Shown: piece after piece, positions 49,701-63,062 of the stretch
Layout of the letters: every line of letters begins with the position of its first letter
How positions within the stretch are numbered: position 1 is the first letter of the stretch
Origin: Trichosphaerium sp. ATCC 40318
Lineage: Eukaryota > Protista > Tubulinea
Assembly (NCBI GenBank): GCA_038496445.1
Contig: JALMLS010000065.1
Location: 427,335-491,334, forward strand
Reading direction: 5' to 3'
Length of the DNA: 64,000 nucleotides
Position numbers and translations under genes: made by a program
The notes under the pieces: generated by a model
The model's input: the letters and a program-made list of their open reading frames with translations, nothing else
Databases searched by the model: none
Told to the model about the DNA's origin: nothing

Positions 49701-52700
49701 CGGCAAAAGAGCCAATCACGCCTATAGACCCACTGGATTTGGCAGCTTGGGATCAAGATGAAGTGCCGACCGAGCCACAATCGGTTAAGGCTATTGAGCC
49801 AATATCAGAAGGTGATGCTCAGGCTGAACCAGATGTTGCAGGTATTACTTTAGACCCTTTTTTTCGCTTTTTTTTACCTATCAAGATCGGAATTAATGTG
49901 ATGTAGATGCTACCGATTCGGACTTGGACTCAGATTTTGAGGAGTATCTAGATTTCTTTGATAGCTTCTCAGCTAAGCCAAAGGAAAGTGGTAAGACAAA
50001 AGAACAGATACAAAAAGAACAAATCGAGAAGTTGCGCCGCAGAGAAATGACTAAGAAACAAATGGCTGGTACGTCTTAAAACCAGAAATCTGACAATGTG
50101 AGTTAACCGGGTTATGTTAGAACAAAGGAGGAAGAAAAAAGAAGAGGAAGAAGCCTTGAAGCGTCAGAAACTGCTAGAGCATGTTCCAGAGATAAAAACT
50201 ATTCTAGAGACTAGTAAACAACAACGACCTCCAACTTCTCACATACATACGCCAGTACAACCGCCATTGTATAACATTGCTACACCGTACGCAAATTATT
50301 CTTTTTGCAATTTAATAATTTTGGTGTTAGAGTGCCAAAAATTGATTACCAAATTGCTACTGGGTTTACACCAGTAGGACACAGTAAGCAAATGTATCGT
50401 GCAACTGGCTGGCAAAGATCTTCGTTTGTAAAGCAAATGTCTCGACCTAGCTCCACATCTAGCTCTGCCGTAGGTTCAGGACAAACAACGCCAAATAATG
50501 GACTAGCGGTAAGTATCCTAGTTGTCGATTGATGAACTAATGCATAATAGACCACACCAGTTGTCAGTAATTCACACGCACCAGTAAAACCTGTTGAGTA
50601 TAATATTGAACCAGTGGTAGCGAAATCAACACCGGTGCGTAATAAGAATACCATTTTGACGTTGTCTTATTATTTTTACTAGAGCGTGATTGCTACTGAA
50701 GGATCACTTGACTCTCCTTGCATCGGAAGACCTGGTGCTCGTCCACGTACGTTGTTCTTTCCTAAGTGTTGTAGAAGTTTCTTTGCTAATTGTGATGTAG
50801 TTGCCTTTGGCTTTGGTGGAAGGCTCATTGTCAGTGCTGAATCCTCAGTTAAAATTATGAGTGTCAGCAGTTTGGTTAAAGGAACAGAATTTTCGAAACC
50901 TTTGGTAAGTATTAAATTCGCGAGTAAAGCACAATTAGAAAACTAATGAGTTGCATAGGTTGAGTTCCCTGGCCCACTATCACTCGCTGAAAATGAACAA
51001 GTTAACTCCTATGTTGATGCAAAGTCAGATATCGGTGCTGATAAGATGCTCCCTATCAGTCCTGAGCGTCTCCTTTGGAAATTACTAAGTATTGGCGCAT
51101 CTTGCCAAGGAGACATATCAATTTCTCGGTACCTCACACTAGTTGTAGTTTATGTTTACTGATTTGGTTTAGAATGTCAGAGCAAGTTGAAGATACAATA
51201 CGAGCTTTGCTTGATGTTAAAGATGACTCTTCATGGGTTACTGGAGGCTCTAGTAGACAACCAGTCATTCATGCTCCAGAAGGGCAAGTTAGAGATGTGA
51301 CTGGTGTTATTACAAAGATATCCGGGTGTATGGAAGGAGGAAGGCGTGAGGAAGCTCTAGCCTTGGCGAAGGAGTATGCTTTGTGGGCGCATGCCCTAGT
51401 AATTGCAACACGAATAGGTCCTAAGGCTTACAGGTAAGACGATAATCTCATCCATTACTATATTTGTTGTTTGCTTATTCATCGTGCAGTGATACTTTGG
51501 CTGAGTTTGCTAAGTCTACACTGCCCGAGGGGACACCTTTGAGAACCTTGTATCACATGTTTGCGGGTAAGACGAGCGATTTGTTCGCGCCTGAAGTGAA
51601 CACACCACCTCGCTACAGAGTGCACCCACAATTTGGTATTGAGAACTCCTCCGTTCAGCACAATGACTTGTTGTTACACTGGAAGGAAAACTTGGCTATT
51701 ATAATCGGCAACAAAGTACCTGGTAGTGTGGATACACTGAGAGCTTTGGGAGACGAATTATGGCACAAGGCTGGTAATGTATTGGGCGCACACTGTTGCT
51801 ATCTATTAGCAGATGAGCCAACGTTTAGTAAGTTATCCAATCCGCATGCGCGCTTGGTTCTTTTGGGAGCTGATCATAGAACCAATGGCAGCTTCATTTC
51901 AGCAGAGGTGCGATTATTATTCTCACCTAAACCCATGCACTAACCCTACTTTTAAAGGCCATACAAAGAACAGAAGTACTTGAGTGGGTAATGCGTCTTG
52001 GTAACCCATCATACAGTATTCCACTATTACAACCTTACAAGCTGTACTATGCGTATTTACTTGCTGATATGGGTTACATTGATGACGTATGTTCCATTAC
52101 AGAGTATTTTTAAAAAGGCTCTTGTTTACATCGTTTTAGGCTTGGCGGTATCTTTATGCCATCAAACAGGCCATCAATGAGCAGCGTGGGCGACACAAGT
52201 ACACTCCAACATTTGCAGCTGTATTTGGAGAATTACATGCGCGATTAAAACCACTATGTGATAAGAACTTCAAAAAGACTAATCCGTAAGCATTTCTTTT
52301 GTAGAACATACAATTCGTTACTCTGTGTAACACTTAGTATTAGATCAAAGGCGGTTCAACAAGCTACTCCAAGTCCAATGCTTAATAAGATCCAAGGCTT
52401 GGTACAAAACTTCATGTCAAGCGCAAGTGCAGAGCCAGAACCTGAAGAAGAACAACGGGGCGTGTCTCCTCTGGATATGTTAGCAAACCAAAGTGCTGGT
52501 AACACAGGACCATTGACAAGCATTCCTTTGCATGATAGTCACAGCGTACCACCAGAAGCCTCTGTACCATGGGCGCCAGAACCTACAAGTATCAATGCGG
52601 TACCTTTAGTACAGCCAGGTGGAGTACCATTGGAACCTTCAATGCCACCTTTGGGAATTGCTAATGGACCAGTGCCTACCTTTGGACCAGGGTCAATGCC

Positions 52701-54266
52701 TCCGGTGACAAGTGAACTACCTCCCGTGTCTGAGTCGCCAGTGAATCCATTACAGCCACAGTGGGGAGAACCAATGCCTCAACCTTCCTTGACCATGGTG
52801 GATGCGCCTCCTGAGGAAGCAGTGCCATTCTCTATGCCTCTATTTGGCGGACCAGTGATGGAAGAGAGCGAGCCTTTTATTGATCCAGATCTAGCTAGGT
52901 ACAGCAAATAAATTATATGACAAATCTATTGACCAAAAAAATAGGCTGCAAAAGAAGCGAACCACGCCTGTAGAAGATAAAGGCTTAACACCAGAACCTA
53001 CTGCAGATACGCTAGCTCCTATTGAAACAAACCAATTGGATGCCCAGCCTACATCTGGTGACGGCAGTAGCGACAAAAAAGCTGCAGAACCAGTAGCTCC
53101 ACCAGCAGAAAAAAAGGTAAAGGCTTAGCTGTTAAATACCCACATTCAATGTCTAATCGTTCTGTCAGGAAGAAGAGCAACAGAAGGGTTGGTTTTCATC
53201 ATGGTGGGGTGGTAAGAAACAACCACCTCAGATGAAGTTGGGTGAAAAAAATCAAATGGTTTTCAAGGAAGGGCTAGGATGGATAATAGAAGGTGAAGAG
53301 GAGGAAAGAAGGAAATTGTTGGCTGAGCGTAACAAACCTCCTCCAAAGAGTAAGAAGAAGAGAAAACCAGCTCCTGAAGTTAAAGAGCAAGCTGTAATTG
53401 GGGTACGAGTAACGCGTCGCTAATGTACGATGTTTAACTTATCCAAAAAAAGGCTGCTCCAGTACCAGTAGCGTTCCAGCCTGCTTTGACGCCAATGCGA
53501 CCAGGTGGAGTACAAACTCCAATGATACCAGGTGCAGCGATGCCTGGTGGCGTACAAACGCCTATGGTACCTGGCGGTGTATCAATGACTCCAATGGTAC
53601 CGGGCGCAGCAATGCCAATGGTACCTGGAGGCGTACAAACACCTATGGTGCCTGGCGGCTTATCGGCACCTACACCGATGATACCAGGTGCAGCGATGCC
53701 AATGGTACCTGGTGGCGCACAAACGACTCCAATGGTACCAGGCGCAGCAATGCCAATGGTACCAGGAGGCGTCCAAACACCTATGGTGCCAGGCGGCGCG
53801 TCAACACTTCCTATGGTCCCAGGCGGGATACCAATGCAACCTTTGGGCGACGCTTCGCTAGAGCCAGCACCAGCCGCATCGAGTAGGCGTAGCAAGCGGT
53901 CAAAAAGTATTGTAGTCTTCACGCCATTTATTTCTCACAGTTTGTGTTTTTTAGGACCAGCTCGCGAAAAGCGTACAAAGAAGGCAAGCCGTACAGGAAG
54001 AAAGGTACAATTTAGCGCTAGTCAGTTACCAAAGCTAATAAGATTTAAAAAAGGCCCGCAGTCGTCGTTATGCAACCGTTGAAGGAGGCGTGTTAGATAC
54101 AACAGGTTCTGGCGGTAATACGCCGCCTATACCATTCACACCACAACGTATGTGTTTCCCTTTTTATTCGAAAATTTAGTGTACAACGTGAACACCGTGC
54201 CTATATTTTTTATTTTTCGTTTGGATGATCGTTACTTACTTCTCCGTAGCTGCAACACAATTTTAA
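46720..54266 (+). CDS. SEC16: COPII ER-exit-site scaffold Sec16 (start codon uncertain)
   Basis: Central conserved domain: AFGFGGRL, FPGPL, LWAHALVIA, GTPLRTLY, WKENLAII, LGDELW, AHCCYLLA, LVLLGADH, IQRTEVLEW, QPYKLYYAYLLADMG; late GWFSSWW, KLGEKNQM and SRRY motifs. Confidence 0.9.
53486..53830 (+). repeat. Coding tandem repeat (T/M)PM(V/I)PG(G/A) in the Sec16 C-terminal region
   Basis: About 12 copies of PM(V/I)PG with 24-33-nt spacing. Confidence 0.9.
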
Positions 54267-54632
54267 AAAAAAATGGATTCCACTGAAAATAAAAAACCCA
54301 AAAAAAGTGCAAGGCCAAAACTGTATTACCAGTGTAAATAACAATAAATACCAAAGCGTTATATGCTGTTGAGAATGCGGAAAGTACATTATCTTACTTA
54401 TACAAACGCCCAAAGGAGGAGACAAACTAGAAGCCAAAAAAATCTCAACGGGTTTTTTGTGATTTTTGGAGTTTTGCTTTTTTTTTTTTTTGAAGTAATT
54501 ATTTGTGCGGGTCAAAAACCTAGGCTGTTTCAAGGAGGACGCATTGGGTCGATCCAAAAACAAAATTTGGTGGCTAAGCGTGTTCGTAATATTCCTTAAT
54601 TATTTCATCATACACAGAGTAGAAAGGAGCGT

Positions 54633-57600
54633 ATGCGAGGGATCTGCCTCGTGTTAATCGTGGCTTGCCTAATAGCCACGTGTACAGCCACTGTATGCTC
54701 AAGTAATGACATTGAAAACGCTCAATGCTACATGAGTGACCCAAGGGTTGGCCTAGCATTAAACGCGGTAGCATATTTCGACCGTGTACATAATAGCGAA
54801 ACTCTTCGATGCACGGGATTTTTAATAGGCACTGAATATTTCGTTACAACGCATCAATGTACTCAAGGGTGAGATTAGAGCTCGAATTATCTCAAAAAAC
54901 CAATCAATCCCCAAACATTACCTTTTTTTTTAGTTTACAATTTTTTTAACACCAACTGAACTAAACCCGCTTTGTGCTTAGGGTAAATCAAATTGAGGCT
55001 TTTTTCCAAGGTTTCCAGTCCTTGACTGACTGCGATGCTGAAGGTCCTGCAGATTTTGCCTTTAATCCATTCTTAATCGTAGACTTTATGGCCGACGTGA
55101 GTACTTTCCAAGGTGAAATATTAGTGCTATTATGCTGACCAATTGGGTATTTTAGAAAGTATGTTCTTCGTCTAGTAAAGACTTCGCTGTATTCAGGTTT
55201 CAAAAAGAGCTGGGATCCATCGTTCCAGGGACATATTTCCAATCGTTCGTATTTCCCTCATCCCAAATGGCGAGAGGTGACAAAATATTCCTTCCTCAAG
55301 TACGCTATAAGTTCAGCTGTTAAAAAATCCAGAGAGAAAAATCACGTGATGGAACGATATTCAGTTAATTACTTTTCTTCAGTTTCAAAATGGTGTCGGC
55401 ATGCAAATATCTGTAATGGACGATACAAGCGCTTTGAACAACTGTACTATAACATCAACAGATGCAATTTCATGTACAGATTTATCTGAAGACAACGATG
55501 AAGATATTGGTTACGTTTGCGACTCCTTTGGGTATGTTTAATGTCTTGCGCGAGTTTTGTTTTTATTTTAAACCAACTTATCAAATCAAATTCTTATTCG
55601 AGTGTTAGAGCTGATGCATCAATTAATAACCTTGGAGGTAATTACTAGATCATTTATAACCTAGTCTATTTTTGATTAATATTGTGTGTTTATATTTTGC
55701 ATAGGTCCGATTGTGTTAGATGCTACTGTGGGCAGTATGGTACATTTTTTTTTTCAGGATTTTATTTCGTTTTTTTCTAAAGTATGAAAACAGACTGTAT
55801 TGGGTATGCATCACTGCAACAGCCAAAATGGTAATTGTAATCCTGATATGAGTGTTATTGGTGGCAACGCTGTGGATATGTTTAAAATATCTAGTTCCGT
55901 GAGTAGTGCTTTAACAATAATAATTATTGATGTCACTTAAACAGTTTGATTCCTGCCTCGCTGACTGTACAAATTCTGGAGTGGATGATCTAACATGTGT
56001 GACTACCAAAAAGAAAAGACAAATGACTGATGAGGAACTAATGGGACGTTCCACCGGAGCTGCGCTTCCTGGTATTCCATCTACTTTTATCAGTGAAAGT
56101 AAGTTCAGCTATCCTATCAAAAGGTTGTACAATTTAACCTTTTCTCCCTAGCAAGCGCTCACTCTGCAAATTTCAATTACGGCAATGTGGTTACTGCTGA
56201 TGCTTCATGTAAGTTATATTGACCTTGTTTGGTGTACTAATTTTGTTTACGTTGTTAGTGTACACTTTTCAAGGCACTGGTCACTACATTTTTGCTCGTA
56301 CTTCTTCAACAGTTAACGATGATGTTTGCTTCTTATCTAACCCTCTAAGTTCAAGTACGACGTTCTCTATTTAATCAATGTGACTAACAAATATAAAAGC
56401 TGTTTTGATATTGGTTGGTTCCTCTCAAATCTTTGGGGATGATTTTGCAATCAGCCAATGCTGCGGTAATACATCTCTTTCTTTTTGGAGCGTTGTTCTT
56501 ATTAAGGTTCAGGAACTGTCACTGGATTCTCGGCGAATGTAGCCGGGTTTGGACCAAGATTCTTTATTGATGGTTTTCAATTGTTCGTAAATGGTGAAGG
56601 TTTTGTTGATCCTAATCGCGGTGAACTCATCAACCAGGTATGTCTTTAGTTTTCGACTCACTTTTTCTTTTTTTTTCTCCAACTCCTTTTTGAAGGTTGC
56701 AACATTTAGCGATGCTCCTGGGATAAACGGCATTGTTACAGAGAGGTTACAGTTCCGTGACGTGGATGTACGCTTTTGTATTTCCGTGATTAGTGACATC
56801 TGACCAATTGCTAATGTGGTAAAGGCGGTGCAAGGATTCCATGTGCTTACATTCTTGGAAACTTTTACTAACAACGGAGGAGTAACCACCACGTTTGAGG
56901 TGTCAATAGAGACATTACTTGTTGAAAACGTAGTTGATTCCATGGGCGTAAATTTGGGCCGACAGAGATTACAGGATGTTGGTGGCGGATTTCCTTATTC
57001 AACGTACTACAAAAACCCTTTTGTAGGTGTTCGACATTAACTCACATTTACTACAGGGCGAGCGAGTGGTCATTTTTTTCGACAAATGATGACACCAAAG
57101 GTTTTATTGGAATCCTATCTCACTCTGTTCAGGCTCAAGCACCATTTTCGCTAGAACCTAGAACGATTTGTAATAGAGAAGAAGGTACTATTGATTGTCT
57201 GTGGTATTTTTTTGAACTAAAGAAAGTTTAGGTTCACAAGGAATAAGCTATAAATGGTCGGTTGATTTAAATCCTAATGAAAGCAAGACCTTGATGTATT
57301 TCGCCATCGTTGACGTTGCTTTCAGCGGCGTAAGTACCACGCTGATTTTGAGAAGGTTCTTTTTATTTATTTCGTTTTAATGGGTGCATATAGGGTCAAT
57401 CATCAATTATGACCGACTTGGCAGATGAAGTTAGTTTGGGTTCTGTTAAAGGATGGGAAGTGGTACAACATCGTGGATTAAACGTGATAAATTTCCCAGC
57501 GCCTACTGGTACAGTGCGGGCACTTGTTGCACCAGGTATTTGTTTCTTTGCTTTTTCTCGTTTTACCTGCTAACTACTTCTTTAGAGTTTGACTGTGGAG

Positions 57601-60600
57601 AAAGCGTACCTACGCTTCCCTCTAGTTTTGATATGGGGCCAATCACATTAACTGGAGGTAATTTACCACCCAGAACTGTACGTGAGCTATGCCACTGGCG
57701 ATCACCTATTTATATTTTTTTATTTACACAAATGTTTTTATCTAGGTTGTTTGGAGAGATTTGAATACAATTGGTACATTTGATAGTGCTCTTTATTCTG
57801 TTGGTGGATTTTTGAATGCCCCCAAGTTTCATGGAGGTTTCCGCTTGGTGGTGGATGGTATGCGTTATGTTAGTGCAACATCAGATCCAACAGTTGATGA
57901 TGCTGGTAATCTCTTTGTTCGCACTTTTCCAGCTGTGAGAATGCGCGGCCTCGATGTGTCCCGTATTATTACTCTTAACAATGATCCATTGCGCTCATGG
58001 GTATGTTTGGATATTCGTTTTCTGCCACACTTTCCTAACAATTATTTAGCTGCGCTATGCAGAAGTGTTTGAGAATCCTACAAGCAACCCTATCACTGTG
58101 GATGTGTCCATTGCTACAACGCTTAACATAAACGAGATTGCAAAGAACACTTCCTCTGGTGACGCTATACTCGATACTACAGATAGTTGGTTGATTACAT
58201 TGGAAGGTAAGAAAAGCATGAGCTGTAGCTCATTTTTGATTATTAATCATTTTTTATAGATTTTTATGCCACGTTTCCACATACTGCATGGACGTTTAAA
58301 GGCATCGGTGGTCCAGCTCCAACACGTGCTGAATTTTCAAGCGCATGTTTAACTGACGCCACTCTCTATGAACTTATCATAACATTCCAAGTTACAATCC
58401 CTGCAGGAGAGCGACGTGTGTTGATTCATTTTGCTGATCCACGCATATCATCTGCAAATGCTGTGGCTGATGCTAGTGATACTGCGAGTATAGATGTTGG
58501 TGCTTCACCTCGGCCACATCAACTTTTAGGCCTTGATGACTTTAGCGCGGCTGAATTCTACAATTTTGTATCATCAAGCAAGAGGTCTTTGTACAAAACT
58601 ACTTCTAGACAGCGTAAGAGAACATCCGGTGTTAAATCAGGTAATTCTATGCATTTTTATTTATACTTTTTTGTATTGTATCTAAACTTGTTTAAAATAG
58701 CCAATCGGGAAGAGATTAAACGTGGAACTATGCCTGAACCTATACCTGAGTTAGATCCTGGAAACTTTGAAATTCAAGTTGGTCTTGAATCTCAAAATTT
58801 TGGCTATCCGCGAACATCTGGTGTACGTTATACAAACTAAACGTGTTTTCAACTTTGTCTTTTCGTTGTAAGAAACTGATTATTGTTATACAGGTTGCCA
58901 TGCATGTTGGCGCTGACATTGTGGCAGTTAGAGATGTAATTGAAGGTGGAGAAAATCAGCTGCAAGTGCACGTAAATGGTGCACCTCTTCCTTCAGTATC
59001 TGATAATGTTGTTGTGATCGTAAACATGGATGGAGTTTTGTTCAGAGTATCCGCGTTCTTCAGAGGTGAGAGATGGGTTTTGAAAGCATGCTTTCATGTT
59101 TGTTATGTTAAATATCTATTGTAGACGGACATGGTATTAAGATTAACGGCGAGCTTGGCAAATTCCTGAGCTTTAGTCCTGTGTTGCTATGTGCGTTAGA
59201 ACCAATTGTTTTTACCGAACAAAAACCGTGGTGACATTCATTAGTGCCTGACTTCGACAACGTCGAAGGTTTGATTGGCGTGTGGAACAGAGATCCAACT
59301 GATGATCTTCGTTCACGTGATGGAATACAAACAGAAACAACTGATGCACTTGGTGTATTCCAATTTGGAAATTCATGTGCGAATACAGCAACTATGAATA
59401 TTGCCATTTATGATTTCACCTGTAGGGATGATACAGCAAGGAGAGTATGATCTATTCAACCAAGTTACTTTCAATGGCATTGACGTGTTTTTTGATACAA
59501 ACCACAACCCTGCTTTGGGTGGTCTCAGGGAGCTAATAAGTAAGTTGATGATTACTTTTATTTTTACTTTTGGCTTACCCTATGAATAAGAACGAGCTGG
59601 TATACAAGCCTTCGATGCAGCCGTGGCAACATGTAAGATTGCTAGAGACAGATTCAACGCTGTAACAAGTATACCCCTCTTAAGAATACGACCAGAAGTG
59701 CGTGTTACTCTTTTTTTTTTTGATGATAAAAGTTGTAATTTACTTTGGTAGAACATAAATCAACAACGTTGGTTTGATTCTTGTGTACGTGATGTCATTC
59801 TAAATAATGGCTTGGCTGTAGCAAGTGATGCTGAACAATATAGAGCGCGTAAGTTTTACAACTATTTTGCAGTTTTAACCATCTTGAAGTATGTGTACAA
59901 AATTGCAACGGGCGTGGTTTTTGTGTTAATCGAACATGCGAGTGTTTGCCTGGCTTTTCTGGTGCAAACTGTGAATTTGCAAATGTGTGTCCAGAGGACA
60001 ATAATGGTGTTGCTTGTTCTGGCAACGGTCATTGTGTAAATGGTTTCTGTCAATGCTTTTATCCATGTGAAGGAAGTGCTTGTGGTGGTATGTTGTTTAC
60101 CTTTTCTACTTACCTTTGTACAATGTGATTCATTTTCTTATAGACTGCACCCCATGTGCTACCATGGAACAGTTCCCAGGATCAGATCCTTTGATTGATG
60201 TGAGCTTCAATGAGGCGTCAAACAGTGTTGAAGTTGGTACGGCTTGAGTTTGTTTAATACAATCTAACTCAAGATGTAGTTGTTGAAGTACCTTTTTTGC
60301 GTGATTTTGCATCTTTTTGGGCGGATTTCTCACCATTTATGGGTATGCCTTCTGCTTTGGTGTGTTTTTTTTCCCTTACCATGTTCTTAAGGGCGAGGTA
60401 TACTTGATGTCAATCCTTGTGAAAACAGAAATATACGTACATACAATTCAGTTGAGGTAATTCATTGCTGTTATTAAGTACCGTTGTAAATCAAGTTCAA
60501 ACGCTTTCTTTAGTATATGGATTCGTGGGCATCTCCTGTGGATGCAAATGCACCAGAAGCCTTGAACTCTTTGCGTTATCCTGCAATGTTATATCCAAAT

Positions 60601-61298
60601 AAGTTCTGGACGGTAGAAGCTATTGATTGTGGTCATGTGCGGTGGACAGGTAGATTTCCAATAGACGATCTAGGAACCTGCACAGATCAAAATGGTACTT
60701 TTACATCGTTTATTTTTGAATGTGAACTCATAATGTTGGTAGGGAATCCTCAATTTACCATAGTCACCAATAATGCTGAAAATCGGATTGAGATAACTGG
60801 GCAACTGGCTGTAACACGCGTGTACGTCATGGTGCTTGTATTTGTAGTTGTTGACTACCAATAGTGTGCCTATGGATGTGCGAAATGAAGGTGCTGGGTT
60901 AGACATGGCTAACTTTCCAGTGCCGTTTACTGTCTTTTCTGAAATACCGCCAACATCGGCAGGTAATTGTTGCATGGGCGGCACGCTTGTGGGTAAAGTT
61001 TGCAGGTGCGCATGAAATGTTTTGTGCAGTGGTGAGTGCTAATAACTACAAGCTGTTCTGTCAGCACGCCCTGTGAATGCAATTTGCTTGACTTTCCAGG
61101 TTCAGAGTGCATTTGTGCTGATGATACTTGTTATGCTGCAGTGGGCGAAGGAGGAATAATACGGTAAGTTAACATGTTAGATATTAGACTTATATTAGTA
61201 GTGCTGGTGCTTCCACAAATGTGATAGCTGTGTTATCACAAGGAGCCGAATTAATTGGTTGTGATAATCCAGCCAATTGTATTACTGTACAAGTGTAG
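54633..61298 (+). CDS. Large secreted mosaic protein: inactive trypsin/lysyl-endopeptidase-like domain, interrupted VWD domain, EGF repeats, Cys-rich C-terminus
   Basis: Signal peptide; CTGFLIG..VTTHQC, DFAVF, IGMHHC; YTFQGTGHYIFAR ... EGLIGVWNRDPTDDLRSRDG; CNGRGFCVNRTCECLPGFSGANC, CSGNGHCVNGFCQC; TAG 61296-61298. Confidence 0.8.
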
Positions 61299-61522
61299 TT
61301 TTAACAATAAATAATTTTGATTTACACAATTTTGCAAAAAAAATAAACAAATAATTACAACAAACACTTTAAATGGCATTGAAGTTACAGTACACACTTA
61401 TTTACATGCCTTGGTTTTGTAGAATGTAATGTAGTATGAGATACTAATGTTACAAAAAAGATTAACCTATTTTATTATGTTGATATTATAGTAAATTTAA
61501 AGTCTTATCTATAGGCACTCTA

Positions 61523-61774
61523 AAACCCTAACCCTAAACCCTACAATGTCAACACAACCCTACCATAATTTTATGCACGTATTTAATGCTACATAGCATA
61601 GAATGAAGCGCCATATTAATTCAGACACGAAAATGCCTTCGACATTTCCGCACCTACCCGTGATGGCCCATACGGGGCGATATTCGGTGAACGAAAATCA
61701 CATAGTCCCTAACCCTAAATCTAACTCTTAAAGTCTCTAACCCTAATTGATAGTATTGTTGGTTAGGGTTAGGG
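61523..61774. repeat. Interstitial telomere-like repeats in both orientations
   Basis: AAACCCTAACCCTAAACCCTA 61523-61543, CCCTAACCCTAA 61707-61718, TTAGGGTTAGGG 61763-61774. Confidence 0.75.
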
Positions 61775-63062
61775 TACTACTACAGAGGTGCCAAATGTTT
61801 TAGCAGATTCTGACCCTTGAGAATACCCTTCGAAAAAATAGAATACTTTTTCTTATGTAAAACACCGCCGCGATGTTGGTAGAAGCAACTAGATTTGTGT
61901 CAGTGGCATACATGCTGAGATAGCCATTTTTGGGGCTTTTTTTTTGCTTTTGGCAGCCAAAATCCAGCTGATTTTCATTCGATAGAAGTTTGTATGGGGG
62001 CCTTGATTACAATAATGCCTATGTCAACCTTAAATATGTACTTGTATGTAATTTTAGTCATAGATTATGATGCAACCAACGATATTGCCATATGTGCTCA
62101 CCATGTAAAGTTATTAATACATATGTTGCTTTCATCTTTTCTTACAACACGTTTTTGCATGTAGTCACAACCATGTGCATTATGAAAAAGGCGCTAATTT
62201 TGCGTGCGATCGTAATATTTAGTGTATATCATGGAACAAATGTGTATTTTGGTGGGTGGCATATATGCGATTCAAAACTGGTGAATTGTGAAAATTGAAA
62301 ATATTTTTTTGATTTTGAATGGCTCACCACCATACCCCAAGATACTTTTTGTCCCCAAATTCATATTGGCCAATTTAGATTTATGCATGAAAGTATGGCA
62401 AGCAAGATGATATAAGAATTTTTTACCTACATGCCATAATAGATTTTTGGAATTTTTTGGGATTTGGCCTGAAATATGTTGGCTGCCTTTACTTATGGCG
62501 GTAGCTGTATGGCATAGCCCTAATTTAGGCCAATTTTGCAAGCTAATCCCAAATCTTCGTGTGATTTCAAAAATATAAAATATATGTTGTTCGGCGAAAT
62601 AATTGGATTTGCAGGCATTGATACTTGGTTGCTAAGAAATGCCAAAAATGCTGATTTTTTCAACATGTTCTCCAACCCCCCTTGCTCTTCCGCTATACCA
62701 TATGCCTTGTTATGTGCTTATCACATGATTATTAAGCCATATTTACATGGTGATAAAATCTACAATGTGATTCAGCATAGTGATAGAAATTAAATATTTT
62801 TTGGCATTTTATGGTTTACCCATTAGGGTTGCCTTGATTACTCACCATGTATATCATCATATATGTAGCGCTTGTTGTATCAGGTGCTAATGTGTCTTGT
62901 TTTATTATGTATGAAGTATGAGCCATTTATATTGCCTTAGTGCATAGTTATGAGGTGTTTTTGTAGAAGTAGTAAGTTTTTTAATACTTAGTGTATATTT
63001 TCACTTAATGAGCAAAACTTGCCTTTTTTGTAGTTGGTTCATTGAATGAGAATCAGCGAACA

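Noticed and set aside
47302-49780. Multiple antisense and alternate-frame ORFs within the Sec16 large exon, and 53434-53922
   Set aside because: Shadows of a low-complexity Pro/Glu/Thr- or Pro/Gly-rich coding strand.
1-61298. Non-standard genetic code
   Set aside because: Stops that interrupt ORFs fall inside GT-AG introns; conserved genes end in TAA, TAG or TGA and show no in-frame stops within exons.
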